Part shown: positions 1-11,514 of the stretch, piece by piece
Numbering within the stretch: position 1 is the stretch's first letter
How the letters are laid out: every line of letters begins with the position of its first letter
Assembly (NCBI GenBank): GCA_963422365.1
Contig: OY729426.1
Coordinates: forward strand, 2,016,001-2,080,000
Origin: Nitrospirales bacterium
GTDB taxonomy: Bacteria > Nitrospirota > Nitrospiria > Nitrospirales > UBA8639
Reading direction: 5' to 3'
DNA length: 64,000 bases
Notes under the pieces: model-generated
What the model was told of the DNA's origin: nothing
Database searches by the model: none
The model's input: the letters and a program-made list of their open reading frames with translations, nothing else
Position numbers and translations under genes: made by a program

Positions 1-1979
1 CTCCCCAGAGTTTCCAGGTTGCCAATTTCCACGACATCGCCTTCTTCAAGAGATTCAACCGGAATGGTCTCGAAAGCCGCCTGGGTTTGTTGATTGACGG
101 ATGCTTGAATATGTTGTAAACGGTGCTGGGCCTCTTGCGCGTGAGGCCATGTCCGTTGCCGATGTAACGACTCGATGATCCGGCGAATCTCCATACGGGC
201 AGCCGCCAGATCTTCACGAAACTTCTTTTTCATTTTTTTTATTTCGTTGCGTTCGATCGTGCGCAATCGTTCGGCAATCGTGTGGGCTTCCGTCGCGTCT
301 CGGTCGGCAACCTCGCGTTGTGCCTGGGCTTTTTCCAATGCTTCTTTTAACTCCTGATGAGTATGTTGCAAATCCGCAAAGACATGATCGAGTTGACGAT
401 CTTCTTGATGGACCAAGCTCAGGGCATGGGCAAGAATCAACGGATCCATTCCTAGGCGACCGGCAATATCAAGCGCGGAGGATCCGCCGGGAATTCCAGG
501 AATAAACCGATACGTCGGGGCAAGCGTGTTCACGTTGAATTCAAGGCTTGCGTTCAGAAACCCTGGGGTCGAAAGGGCCAAGGTTTTTAATGAATTGTAA
601 TGCGTGGTCACAACAACCTTGAGATTGAGCTCGGCAAATCGACGGAGGAGCGCTTCAGCCAGGGCCGCTCCTTCGGCAGGATCCGTTGAACCAATGACTT
701 CGTCAAGGAGAACCAACGCGTGAGGAGACTCCCCTCCCGTGCGATGCCGGATGCTCTTGAGCAGATTGATAATTTTTCCGATGTGGGCGGAAAAACTGGA
801 AAGATCTTTGGTCAAGTCTTGCGCATCACCGATGTCCGCAAAGGTTTCCTCAAAAAATGCCATCTCTGATCCGTCCCCGCAGGGAAGATGGAGGCCACCG
901 CGCACCATCAAACTACAAAGGCCCAACAACTTCAGCAGCACGGTTTTTCCACCGGTATTGGGGCCAGAAATCACTAACGCGGTGAAATCTTTCTCAAACA
1001 TGACATCGTTGGAAACCACGGGCTTTTTGGCCAAAAGAAGCAGGGGATGTTGCGCTTTCCACAGACGAATGTGCCCATCTGCATTGAGACGAACCGGTCT
1101 CGCGTTCATGAGGATACTCAGACGTGCTTTGGCTCCGATACAGTCCAAGGTGGTCAAGACCTGCAACAGGCTCCGGAGGTCTTGCAGATGATCCACCACT
1201 CGGTCCGTGAGTTCTTGAAGAATCCTGTTGATTTCACGAGTAACTTGAAGCTCGGCCACTTTGATCTGATTATTCAAGTCAATGAGTTCACGGGGTTCTA
1301 TAAACACCGTTGCACCACTGGCCGAAATATCATGAACAATTCCAGGGAGATCATGCTGACGCTCGGCTTTGATCGGTAAAACGTATCGGTTTTCTCGTTG
1401 GGCATAGTACGGTTCCTGCAGCAACTCTCGGTAGCGTGACGACGCCACCATGTTCTCTATGCAATGGCGCATGCGTTGCTTCAACCCTTGAGCCAGGCGG
1501 AGCGCTTCGTGCAGAGCCGGTGAGGCGTGCCCAAGAATTTCTCCTTCCGAGCTCACACAACGGTCGATCGCCCGTCGAAGTTCGGAAAGATCCGGCAGAG
1601 ACTCATAATAGGGGAAAAGAGCCTTCACGGCTTGTTGATTGACGACTAAACATCTTCGAACAGCCTCGTTCACAGTGATAAGTACGGAGAGGTCGCTCAA
1701 TTCTTTGAGGTCCAATGCTCCGCCTTTTCCAGTCTTAAGAAAGGCTTGCGTCAAGTCTTCAAATTGCACGGCGGGGAACGGCACAGAGACATTGTGAAGC
1801 TCAAGCATGTCCGTGGTTTCTTGCATGCGACGTTGCGCAAGCTCAAGCGTGTCTTCCAACGGCAACTGCCGGCATAAATCGGCTCCCAATGAAGAATGCG
1901 CCTGTGCGGCTAAAACCTCCAGCACCTGCGGCCATTCAAGGGCTTGTTGAGTGTCGGAAATGACGGAGTGGTCGGACAC
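1..1979 (-). CDS. mutS2: Endonuclease/ATPase MutS2 (3' end truncated by window edge)
   Basis: Manual minus-strand translation from GTG 1979 gives N-terminus SDTQQALEWPQVLEVLAAQAHSSLG, Walker A VISGPNTGGKT, LVLLDEVIGSTDPAEGAALA and a KOW-like region at the edge. Start and edge codons share a frame. Absent from the ORF track, presumably because no stop lies in the window. Confidence 0.93.
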   Translation of the reverse strand, partial: MSDHSVISDTQQALEWPQVLEVLAAQAHSSLGADLCRQLPLEDTLELAQRRMQETTDMLELHNVSVPFPAVQFEDLTQAFLKTGKGGALDLKELSDLSVLITVNEAVRRCLVVNQQAVKALFPYYESLPDLSELRRAIDRCVSSEGEILGHASPALHEALRLAQGLKQRMRHCIENMVASSRYRELLQEPYYAQRENRYVLPIKAERQHDLPGIVHDISASGATVFIEPRELIDLNNQIKVAELQVTREINRILQELTDRVVDHLQDLRSLLQVLTTLDCIGAKARLSILMNARPVRLNADGHIRLWKAQHPLLLLAKKPVVSNDVMFEKDFTALVISGPNTGGKTVLLKLLGLCSLMVRGGLHLPCGDGSEMAFFEETFADIGDAQDLTKDLSSFSAHIGKIINLLKSIRHRTGGESPHALVLLDEVIGSTDPAEGAALAEALLRRFAELNLKVVVTTHYNSLKTLALSTPGFLNASLEFNVNTLAPTYRFIPGIPGGSSALDIAGRLGMDPLILAHALSLVHQEDRQLDHVFADLQHTHQELKEALEKAQAQREVADRDATEAHTIAERLRTIERNEIKKMKKKFREDLAAARMEIRRIIESLHRQRTWPHAQEAQHRLQHIQASVNQQTQAAFETIPVESLEEGDVVEIGNLETLG

Positions 1980-2183
1980 GAGGATGATGGATACGTTTTT
2001 TCGTACTTCCCTTATCTGCCTTCAGGTAAGAGTAACGAAGTCGCAAGCGAAACGAAAGGGGAACGACGGGCAGGTCTTTAATAGACAAAACGACATGGAC
2101 AGGAATGGTCACGCCCCGCACCCTCGAGACATAATGTGTGACTCACACAAGACAGAGAGCGGACCTTTTTCTTCAGAATAAGG

Positions 2184-2561
2184 CTACGGAATAAGTTTGA
2201 CCAGTGCAACTGTGAGACCGGCCGTAAAGCCAATGATCGACACGGCCGCCGTCAGTACAAGGCGGTACATTTCGGCGCGCAATTCAGCAATATCGGCTTT
2301 GGTGGCGGCACGCAATTCAGCAATATCGGCTTTGGTGGCGGCGCGCAATTCAGCAATATCGGCTTTGGTGGCGGCATGCAATTCAGCAATATCGGCTTTG
2401 GTGGCGGCGCGCAATTCAGCAATATCAGCTTTGGTGGCAACGTTGCTGCCGATGGCGTCGCCCACAGTGGCAACCACAGCTTCGGCTTGCGGGTCTTCGA
2501 ACCCGGCTTCCTTGAGGGCCTTCACGGCCTTGTGTGTGTCGAATGCGAGCGTAGTCACCAT
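2184..2561 (-). CDS. DUF1640/CCDC90-like coiled-coil protein with C-terminal membrane anchor
   Basis: AFDTHKAVKALKEAGFEDPQAEAVV...VATKADI signature, 5x ATKADIAEL(R/H)A and a hydrophobic C-terminus. ATG 2561 lies 7 nt after a TTGTTC-N17-TACGAT promoter. Confidence 0.8.
   Translation of the reverse strand: MVTTLAFDTHKAVKALKEAGFEDPQAEAVVATVGDAIGSNVATKADIAELRAATKADIAELHAATKADIAELRAATKADIAELRAATKADIAELRAEMYRLVLTAAVSIIGFTAGLTVALVKLIP
2274..2438 (-). repeat. In-frame 33-bp tandem repeat, 5 copies
   Basis: Unit GCGCGCAATTCAGCAATATCGGCTTTGGTGGCG (+ strand) repeated with few substitutions. Confidence 0.95.
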
Positions 2562-2955
2562 GTGTCGGATCGTACCACACGGCCATTCAGTGAACAAGGG
2601 AAGCAAGGCTGATAGCTGACGTTTGAGTCATCGGCGCTTTCATTTCGATACCCCGCCATCGGAAGGTATGTCGATAAGAACGCCGCAAGGGTCCTTTGGT
2701 CGATCCCTGTCTTCAGTCTCCGACTTGACGCCCGTGACAGGACGCGGCATCTTGATTAGGAACATCATGCGAACTGAGAACCGAGGACATTTGGACATTG
2801 TGACTTTATTGAGCGCTTTATGGTGACCTATCGTTACCGTGTGGCTCCTGTATTGATCGAACCCAACTACCTGAATCTAATACGTTCGTGAGGCAGCGGG
2901 TACTTACCCGCGTGAATTGTTCAGGCTAGATTAACAGGGAAGGCAACAGGAAAGA

Positions 2956-5900
2956 GTGCCAGGCCTCTTCGGCGACTACTTACAGGCCATTAAGGAGTTG
3001 GATTTCACCGAGGCCACGGAGCATACCTTGCGTGGGCCGTTGGAAAATTTGCTGCGTGCCATTGTCGCCCATGAGAATCCGACAATCACCGTTATCCACG
3101 AACCCAAGAAAGACAAAATGGGACTCGGCGCGCCTGATTTCAAATTCAAGCGGCATGAAGCGATTGTCGGTTACCTGGAAAACAAGAAAGTCGGCGAAGA
3201 TCTGGACGCCGTTCTGAAAACCGCTCAAATCGACAAATATAAAAAGCTTTCCGACAATGTCGTCCTCACCGACTATCTGGAATGGATATGGCTGAGAGAC
3301 AGCCACATCATCAAGCGCGAAAGCCTGTGTGACTCCAGCGATGCGGGCAACCGCAAGGCACGGCTCGACCCGGACAAGGCAGAAAAAGTAGCCAAGCTGA
3401 TTGCCGATTTCCTGTCCGTCCCGCCGCACAAGCTGGGCAATGCCAACACCTTATCCCGCGCTCTGGCTGTGCGCTGTCACGATCTGCGCGATTTTCTGTT
3501 GGCAGAGTTGGAGCGGCAAGAAAAGGAACATCAGGAAGGCCGGCTGTACGGGCTGTACGCGGTGTTCAAGAAAGAGGTGTTCCAGGAACTGGCGCTCAAG
3601 GAGTTTGCCGACGCCTTTGCCCAAACGCTTGGCTACGGCCTGTTCCTGGCCAAGCTCAACGCCGGGGAGCAGACCGCGGTGACGTTGTTGAACGCCAAGC
3701 GTCATATTCCAACCAATTTTGCATTGATCCGTGAGTTGGTGGACTTTCTGGACGAGCTGGAACGCGACGAGTACCGGGGCATCAGATGGCTGGTGGAAGA
3801 AATCCTCAGCATTCTGAACGCGCTCGACCTGACCGCCATTCACGAAGACCTCGCTTTTTCAAAGCGGCAAGGTAAACTGTCCCCGAACGAGGACGAGCGG
3901 CTGCTGTTCGCCACAGACCCGTATGTGTATTTTTACGAGGATTTCCTGAAAGCTTACGACCGGGAAACCCGCAAGGCGCGCGGCGTGTACTACACCCCGC
4001 CGCCGGTGGTGAACTTCATCGTCCGGGCCGTGAATGACATCCTCAAGGACACCTTCGGCATCCTCCACGGGCTGGCCGACCGCAGGCGCGTGACCGTGCT
4101 GGACTTCGCCACCGGCACGGGAACCTTCCTGCTGGAAGTGCTGCAACAGATATTCGAGACGGTATCCGAGGGCGTCCGGGCCCAGGTCGTGCAAGAGCAC
4201 GTGCTGAAAAACCTGTACGGCTTTGAGTATCTGATCGCGCCGTACACGGTCGCCCATCTGAAGCTGTCGCAATTCCTGCTTGATAAGGGCTACACCATGC
4301 AGCCCGGTGAGCGGCTGAACATCTACCTGACCAACACGCTGGAACCTATAGAACCGCAACGGAACTTGCTGCTACCGGCCCTGTCGCGGGAAGTAGAGGA
4401 AGCCCAGGCGATCAAAGACAAGCCCATCCTGGTGATTACCGGCAACCCGCCGTACTCCGGCCATTCCAGGAACACCGGCGTATGGATTACGGAGAAAATT
4501 GACGCCTACAAAACAGTGGACGGCAAGCCGCTGGGCGAAAAGAACCCCAAGTGGCTACAAGACGATTACGTGAAATTCATCCGCTTCGCCCAGTGGAAGA
4601 TGGAGCAGGTCGAGGAAGGCGTGGTCGGCATCATCACCAACCATTCCTTTTTGGACAATCCGACTTTTCGAGGTATGCGCCAATCCCTGATGCAGACCTT
4701 CAATCAGCTGTACGTGCTGGACCTGCACGGCAACGCCAAGAAGAAAGAAAAAACGCCGGAAGGCGGCAAAGACGAAAACGTGTTCGACATTGAGCAGGGC
4801 GTGGCGGTCTCTCTGCTGGTGAAAAAAAACGATCTGCCGCGGGCCGTGTATCACGCCGACCTGTGGGGAACACGCAAGGAAAAATATCAAGCGTTGCTTG
4901 AAGCTGCAAAGGAATCCGTTGAGTGGAAAGCATTGAATCCGTCCACGCCCTTCTATCTCTTCATTCCGCAGGATGAGGCATTGCGGGAGGAGTACGAGAA
5001 GGGCTGGCAGGTGACGGAGATTTTTCCGGTCAATTCCGTGGGTATTACCACCGCACGTGACCGCCTGACCATCCAGCCCACCGAAGCTGCAATCTGGAAA
5101 ACCGTTCAGGAATTTGCGGCTTTGCCGGTAGAGGAGGCGCGGCAGAAATACGAGTTAGGAAACGACGCACGAGACTGGAAAGTTGCATTCGCTCAGCAGG
5201 ACTTGGAGGACAGCGGGCTTTCGGAAGACCTTGTAGTTCCGATTGCCTACCGCCCGTTTGACACACGCTATACCTATTATACCAGCCATTCACGCGGGTT
5301 CCACTGTATGCCACGCGGGAAAGTCATGCACCATATGCTGGCCGGGGCAAATCTGGGAATTCATGCCTGTCGACAAATTGTCAGTGAAACATGGCAACAT
5401 TGCTTGCTTACGAATGGCATTACTGATGATTGTTACGTCTCCGACAAGACAAGAGAACGGGGATATCTCTTTCCCTTGTACCTCTACTCCCAACCGGACA
5501 AAGAGAAAAGACAAAAAGAAGCGTTCGAGGATGCTGACCCATTCCAAGGTCAAGAGCGCATTGAAAACTTCAGTCCTGAGTTCCGGGCGTTCGTAGACAC
5601 GCACTACACGCACCACTACAGCCCTGAAGACATCCTGGGCTACATCTACGCCGTGCTGCACAGCCCGAGTTATCGGGAGAAATATCAGAATTTTTTGAAG
5701 ATCGACTTCCCGCGTATTCCGTTCGTGAACCGACGCGAGACGTTCGAGGCGCTGTCAAAACTCGGCTGGGAGTTGGTGCAGGCGCATTTGCTGAAATCCA
5801 TCCCGCAAGAGTTAAAAGAGTTAAATGTGGAAGTCATCGCCGGCAACTTCAAAGTCGAAAAACCCGTCTACGATGCACAACACGAACGGCTGTATATTAA

Positions 5901-6102
5901 CAAGACGCAGTATTTTGTCCCCGTGCCGCAGGACGTGTGGGAATTCCACATCGGTGGCTACCAGGTGCTCGACAAATACCTCAAATCCCGCAAAGGCCGG
6001 ACGCTGTCGCTTGATGAAATCGAGACTATCCAGAACGTGGTCAGCGTCCTGCGCTTCACCATTGACCAGATGCGGCGGATTGACGCCTGCTGGAAACCAT
6101 AA
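2956..6102 (+). CDS. Single-polypeptide restriction-modification enzyme (type IIG / type ISP-like without helicase): nuclease + N6-adenine MTase + TRD
   Basis: PD...ExK (GAPDFKF...GYLENK), GVYYTP, VLDFATGTGTF (motif I), GNPPY (motif IV) and type ISP-like C-terminus (YAVLHSPSYR, DFPRIP, IGGYQVLDKYLK). GC is elevated. Confidence 0.9.
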   Translation: MPGLFGDYLQAIKELDFTEATEHTLRGPLENLLRAIVAHENPTITVIHEPKKDKMGLGAPDFKFKRHEAIVGYLENKKVGEDLDAVLKTAQIDKYKKLSDNVVLTDYLEWIWLRDSHIIKRESLCDSSDAGNRKARLDPDKAEKVAKLIADFLSVPPHKLGNANTLSRALAVRCHDLRDFLLAELERQEKEHQEGRLYGLYAVFKKEVFQELALKEFADAFAQTLGYGLFLAKLNAGEQTAVTLLNAKRHIPTNFALIRELVDFLDELERDEYRGIRWLVEEILSILNALDLTAIHEDLAFSKRQGKLSPNEDERLLFATDPYVYFYEDFLKAYDRETRKARGVYYTPPPVVNFIVRAVNDILKDTFGILHGLADRRRVTVLDFATGTGTFLLEVLQQIFETVSEGVRAQVVQEHVLKNLYGFEYLIAPYTVAHLKLSQFLLDKGYTMQPGERLNIYLTNTLEPIEPQRNLLLPALSREVEEAQAIKDKPILVITGNPPYSGHSRNTGVWITEKIDAYKTVDGKPLGEKNPKWLQDDYVKFIRFAQWKMEQVEEGVVGIITNHSFLDNPTFRGMRQSLMQTFNQLYVLDLHGNAKKKEKTPEGGKDENVFDIEQGVAVSLLVKKNDLPRAVYHADLWGTRKEKYQALLEAAKESVEWKALNPSTPFYLFIPQDEALREEYEKGWQVTEIFPVNSVGITTARDRLTIQPTEAAIWKTVQEFAALPVEEARQKYELGNDARDWKVAFAQQDLEDSGLSEDLVVPIAYRPFDTRYTYYTSHSRGFHCMPRGKVMHHMLAGANLGIHACRQIVSETWQHCLLTNGITDDCYVSDKTRERGYLFPLYLYSQPDKEKRQKEAFEDADPFQGQERIENFSPEFRAFVDTHYTHHYSPEDILGYIYAVLHSPSYREKYQNFLKIDFPRIPFVNRRETFEALSKLGWELVQAHLLKSIPQELKELNVEVIAGNFKVEKPVYDAQHERLYINKTQYFVPVPQDVWEFHIGGYQVLDKYLKSRKGRTLSLDEIETIQNVVSVLRFTIDQMRRIDACWKP

Positions 6103-6312
6103 CAGAAGATTCAAATCAGTGAAAAGCTTTCAATCAGCGACATTGCGAAGTATCTGAAGCAAATCTCAACCATCACGAACCCTGGGTTCCAGACGGCCTG
6201 ACCGATAGCGAACGACTCCCAATTCCTGGCTATCCGCCGATGACTAGACCGTAGGAAGCCGAATCCATCAAGTAAACTGAGATTATCGCATGTCTAACCT
6301 ATAAAGTCTGAC

Positions 6313-6540
6313 ATGCAACAATCCATTCCACGACACAGCCTTCTCGTCACGACCAGCGGGCTCTCCAAGGCAACGACGGTGGTCCTGCTGAGAGCCCCCC
6401 TGTCGGCAAGACGACCCTGACCGAACAGTGGTGGCCGCATGGCCGAGGCTATCCACGGCCTTCGACCAAGAAGTGGCTATTGAACGACGGCCAACGCCAT
6501 GAAAACCATCACTCTGACCACCTTTGAGACTCACGGACGG
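6313..6540 (+). pseudogene. Degraded N-terminal fragment of an AAA_14/DUF4143-type ATPase
   Basis: Across frameshifts reads VVLLRAP-VGKTTLTEQ-VAAWPRLSTAFDQEVA, resembling VALLGARQVGKTTL...FDLE of that family. Confidence 0.5.
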
Positions 6541-6602
6541 AACTTCTGATGCCCTTGTCCTTTCTGATCCGGTTTCCTTAGAATAATCGAAGGTTTAAAC
6601 TC

Positions 6603-7826
6603 ATGACCCAAGATGAAGCCCGTTCCTATCTCAACTATCTCCTCACGTTAAGTCTCCGCCGTGAAGAAGCGTTTGGCCCCCTGGCCATAATGTTTCTTCG
6701 CGAACAAGACTTGCCGGCCCTAGGCATTTCTCCGGAAGAACAGTTTAGTTTAATCATTGCGACAACTCAGGCCTTTGCCGCGGAACCCAAACGCTATTCT
6801 CTTAAATTGGAATTACTGCAAAAGGCTCGTCAGCTTCTCTCGACGACACGGTTCTTTGACCCTGAGTTAGCCAAAGAATTGGATCATGATATTCAGAAAA
6901 CCGGCGCCGAGTTGAACATCTACACCGAGGCCATGAAATCATCTCGGAATGCGTCTCTCGACCGTCACGCGTTGATTGTCGAGACAGACCTCCCTGAATA
7001 TTTCTTGGTTCTGGCGCAAAAACGGGCGAGCGCCTATTACCAAAACAAGTACCGACTGACAAAGGAAGCCAAAACCTCTCAACATTTTGGGGGGGCGCCC
7101 AAGCGATTCGAACCGGACAATGAGACCTTGCATAAAGAATTCCCCGGTGCGTGTGCTCCCTTCATGGCCGTGCGGTCGAATGGGTTTCATATGATGCTCC
7201 CCTTCGACCTAAAAATCAGCCGTCGCCCTGATGATCCGCTCGAAGCCGGTATCCGAATTTTTTATGCCAAAATGGGGTACTCGTATCCTCTCCGGTATGA
7301 GATGGGAAAGCTGTGCAGTTACCATAATGGACAGGTCTATGACATTGCATTGGATGACCCCCATTTATTGTTCGTGTCCGTATCCGGCGTTAAAGATTCC
7401 GAGTTTCCCACCCTGTCCGTTCCTGCTTCCGGGGACGTGCCTCCGGAATATGCTTACCCACTCGCCGTACTTGAACATACCGGAAGTCTCGGGCCGTTTA
7501 TTCAGGTGAGTTGCAATTTTAAAATCTGGTTTGATGCCTCCAATGTTTCCATTTTGATACAAGGCGCCCCGGATTTGTACGAATATGGGCTTCAAGGAGG
7601 GGCAGGGCTGATGACCCGTTCATATGCATCGGACAAAGTTCAGACCTATGCGGAAGCCCAATCTCAACCCTGGCAGGAAGGGCTGAGTTTTAATTTTGTC
7701 AATTTACATTTGACCTTAAGCCCAGGAACAGAAACGGGCCTTATTCCGCATAGTACGCCGGTCTTTACGGTTTTTCCCGTTCTGAGTAAGCAAAGCTACA
7801 AGTTCGAACCGTTTCCTTCTCAATAG
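6603..7826 (+). CDS. Conserved hypothetical protein (helical N-terminus, possible DUF6065-like C-terminal domain)
   Basis: 407 aa ORF with host-like codon use; CAPFMAVRSNGFHMMLPFDL motif; upstream TTGTCC...TAGAAT. Confidence 0.75.
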   Translation: MTQDEARSYLNYLLTLSLRREEAFGPLAIMFLREQDLPALGISPEEQFSLIIATTQAFAAEPKRYSLKLELLQKARQLLSTTRFFDPELAKELDHDIQKTGAELNIYTEAMKSSRNASLDRHALIVETDLPEYFLVLAQKRASAYYQNKYRLTKEAKTSQHFGGAPKRFEPDNETLHKEFPGACAPFMAVRSNGFHMMLPFDLKISRRPDDPLEAGIRIFYAKMGYSYPLRYEMGKLCSYHNGQVYDIALDDPHLLFVSVSGVKDSEFPTLSVPASGDVPPEYAYPLAVLEHTGSLGPFIQVSCNFKIWFDASNVSILIQGAPDLYEYGLQGGAGLMTRSYASDKVQTYAEAQSQPWQEGLSFNFVNLHLTLSPGTETGLIPHSTPVFTVFPVLSKQSYKFEPFPSQ

Positions 7827-8141
7827 AGGCGGCATCTGAACGGCACACTTTTTTACGACAAAGGGATCAGACTGAACACTCAAGTTGATTCTCTAGATTC
7901 TTATCAACAATCTGAGAATCCAGTTGATACGGGATGAAATCCTGTGCTAGGCTCATAACCATCAATGGATGACGACGGTCCCAGACGACATTTTCGTCAC
8001 CAGTGTAAGGATTTTTTCCTACCCTTCGCGTTCTTCTTCGACTGTTTCCCAATACATGGCTCCCTCAAATCAAAGAGCTTGATTTCTCTGAAATTTTTCC
8101 CCTCCTGCCTATGATGCGGATTTCGCTCTAATCTGACTCCT

Positions 8142-9413
8142 ATGGAATTTATTGCTATTCTGATCTGTTTGCTACTCTCTGCGTTGTTTTCAGGAGCGGA
8201 AATTGCGTTTTTCTCCACTCCTGAAAGCCGGTTGCAAACCATGAAAGATGAAGGGAAGCAGTCGGCGGAACGGGCGCTGTCTCTCAGACAAAACCCTCAA
8301 CGCCTGCTTGCGACCATTTTGATTGGGAATAACGTCGTCAATCTGACGGCGGCGGCATTAGTTTCCTTAGTCGCTTTTCAATCTTTTGGATCTAAAGGGG
8401 TTGCGATTGCGACCGGAATCCTGACAATTTTTGTGCTGCTCTTTGGGGAAATTGTTCCAAAAACACTGTGCGTCAACCACGCGTCCTCGGCTGTCCAGAT
8501 CCTTTCTCATCCCGTCTATTGGGCGGAAAAGCTTTTCTCTCCCATTCTCTACCTATTGGAGCCTCTGATTTTGAAATTGACAGGCGGACGGGGTTTGAAC
8601 GTTCATTTTGCGACGGAAGAAGAGCTTATGATCATGCTGGAGGCTGGCGGCCAAGCCGGTGTGCTTGAGACTGAAGAAGTCAAGATGATCAAAAATGTCT
8701 TTGAGTTCACTGATCTCACGGCGGAAGATGTGATGACACCACGAATCTATATGTTTGGCATGGATGGCAATCTCTCCTTAGAGGAAGCCAAAGAAGAATT
8801 ATTTAAAGTCACCTATTCACGAATCCCCGTCTATGATAAAAACCTCGATAATGTGACGGGGATCCTCTATCGTAATCATGCCTTGCGTGAACTGGCCCAG
8901 GGGAATCACACACGCACATTACAGGAATTGGCCCGTCCGCCCCTTTTTATTCCAGAAGCCAAACAGGCAGATGATTTACTGAAACAATTCCAGCAAGAGA
9001 AACGACATATTGCGGTAGTCGTAAACGAATTTGGCGGGGTCATGGGATTAGTCACCACAGAAGATCTTTTGGAAGAAGTCGTGGGGGAAATTTTAGACGA
9101 GACAGATATTACCGAGGAGCTGATCAAACGGATTGGGAAAAATCAAATTTTGGTCAGTGGGCGAACTGAAATTCGGAAAATCAATGAATTCCTGAAAGTT
9201 GAATTAGATGAAGAAGAACAAAATACCATCAGCGGCTTCATTCAGCAGCAACTGGGCCATATTCCTTCGGTCAGCGAAGAACTACGAATCGACGGCTGTT
9301 TGCTGATCGTGCGGGATGCCAATGAAAAATCCATTAAGAGCGTCCAGATCCACAAAATGGAAGACGGGCCTCCTGAAAAAACTGAACCCTCCGCGCCAGC
9401 CCCTTCCGAATAA
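8142..9413 (+). CDS. Hemolysin-family CNNM/CBS/CorC membrane protein
   Basis: LSALFSGAEIAF, ILIGNNVVN, FGEIVPK, DVMTPR, YSRIPVY, VVNEFGGVMGLVTTEDLLEEVVGEI. Confidence 0.93.
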   Translation: MEFIAILICLLLSALFSGAEIAFFSTPESRLQTMKDEGKQSAERALSLRQNPQRLLATILIGNNVVNLTAAALVSLVAFQSFGSKGVAIATGILTIFVLLFGEIVPKTLCVNHASSAVQILSHPVYWAEKLFSPILYLLEPLILKLTGGRGLNVHFATEEELMIMLEAGGQAGVLETEEVKMIKNVFEFTDLTAEDVMTPRIYMFGMDGNLSLEEAKEELFKVTYSRIPVYDKNLDNVTGILYRNHALRELAQGNHTRTLQELARPPLFIPEAKQADDLLKQFQQEKRHIAVVVNEFGGVMGLVTTEDLLEEVVGEILDETDITEELIKRIGKNQILVSGRTEIRKINEFLKVELDEEEQNTISGFIQQQLGHIPSVSEELRIDGCLLIVRDANEKSIKSVQIHKMEDGPPEKTEPSAPAPSE

Positions 9414-9435
9414 CATCACCGGTTTCGTCTTTCCC

Positions 9436-11502
<2,067 letters not shown>

Positions 11503-11514
11503 CTAAACTTGCAC

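Noticed and set aside
175..1642. Several short plus-strand ORFs
   Set aside because: They are antisense to mutS2, which the track missed.
2274..2438. 33-bp repeats as a CRISPR array
   Set aside because: Units are contiguous without unique spacers, in frame within a CDS, and no cas genes are present.
2197..2619. Plus-strand 140-aa ORF with ARNSAISALVA repeats
   Set aside because: Antisense shadow of the DUF1640-like gene.
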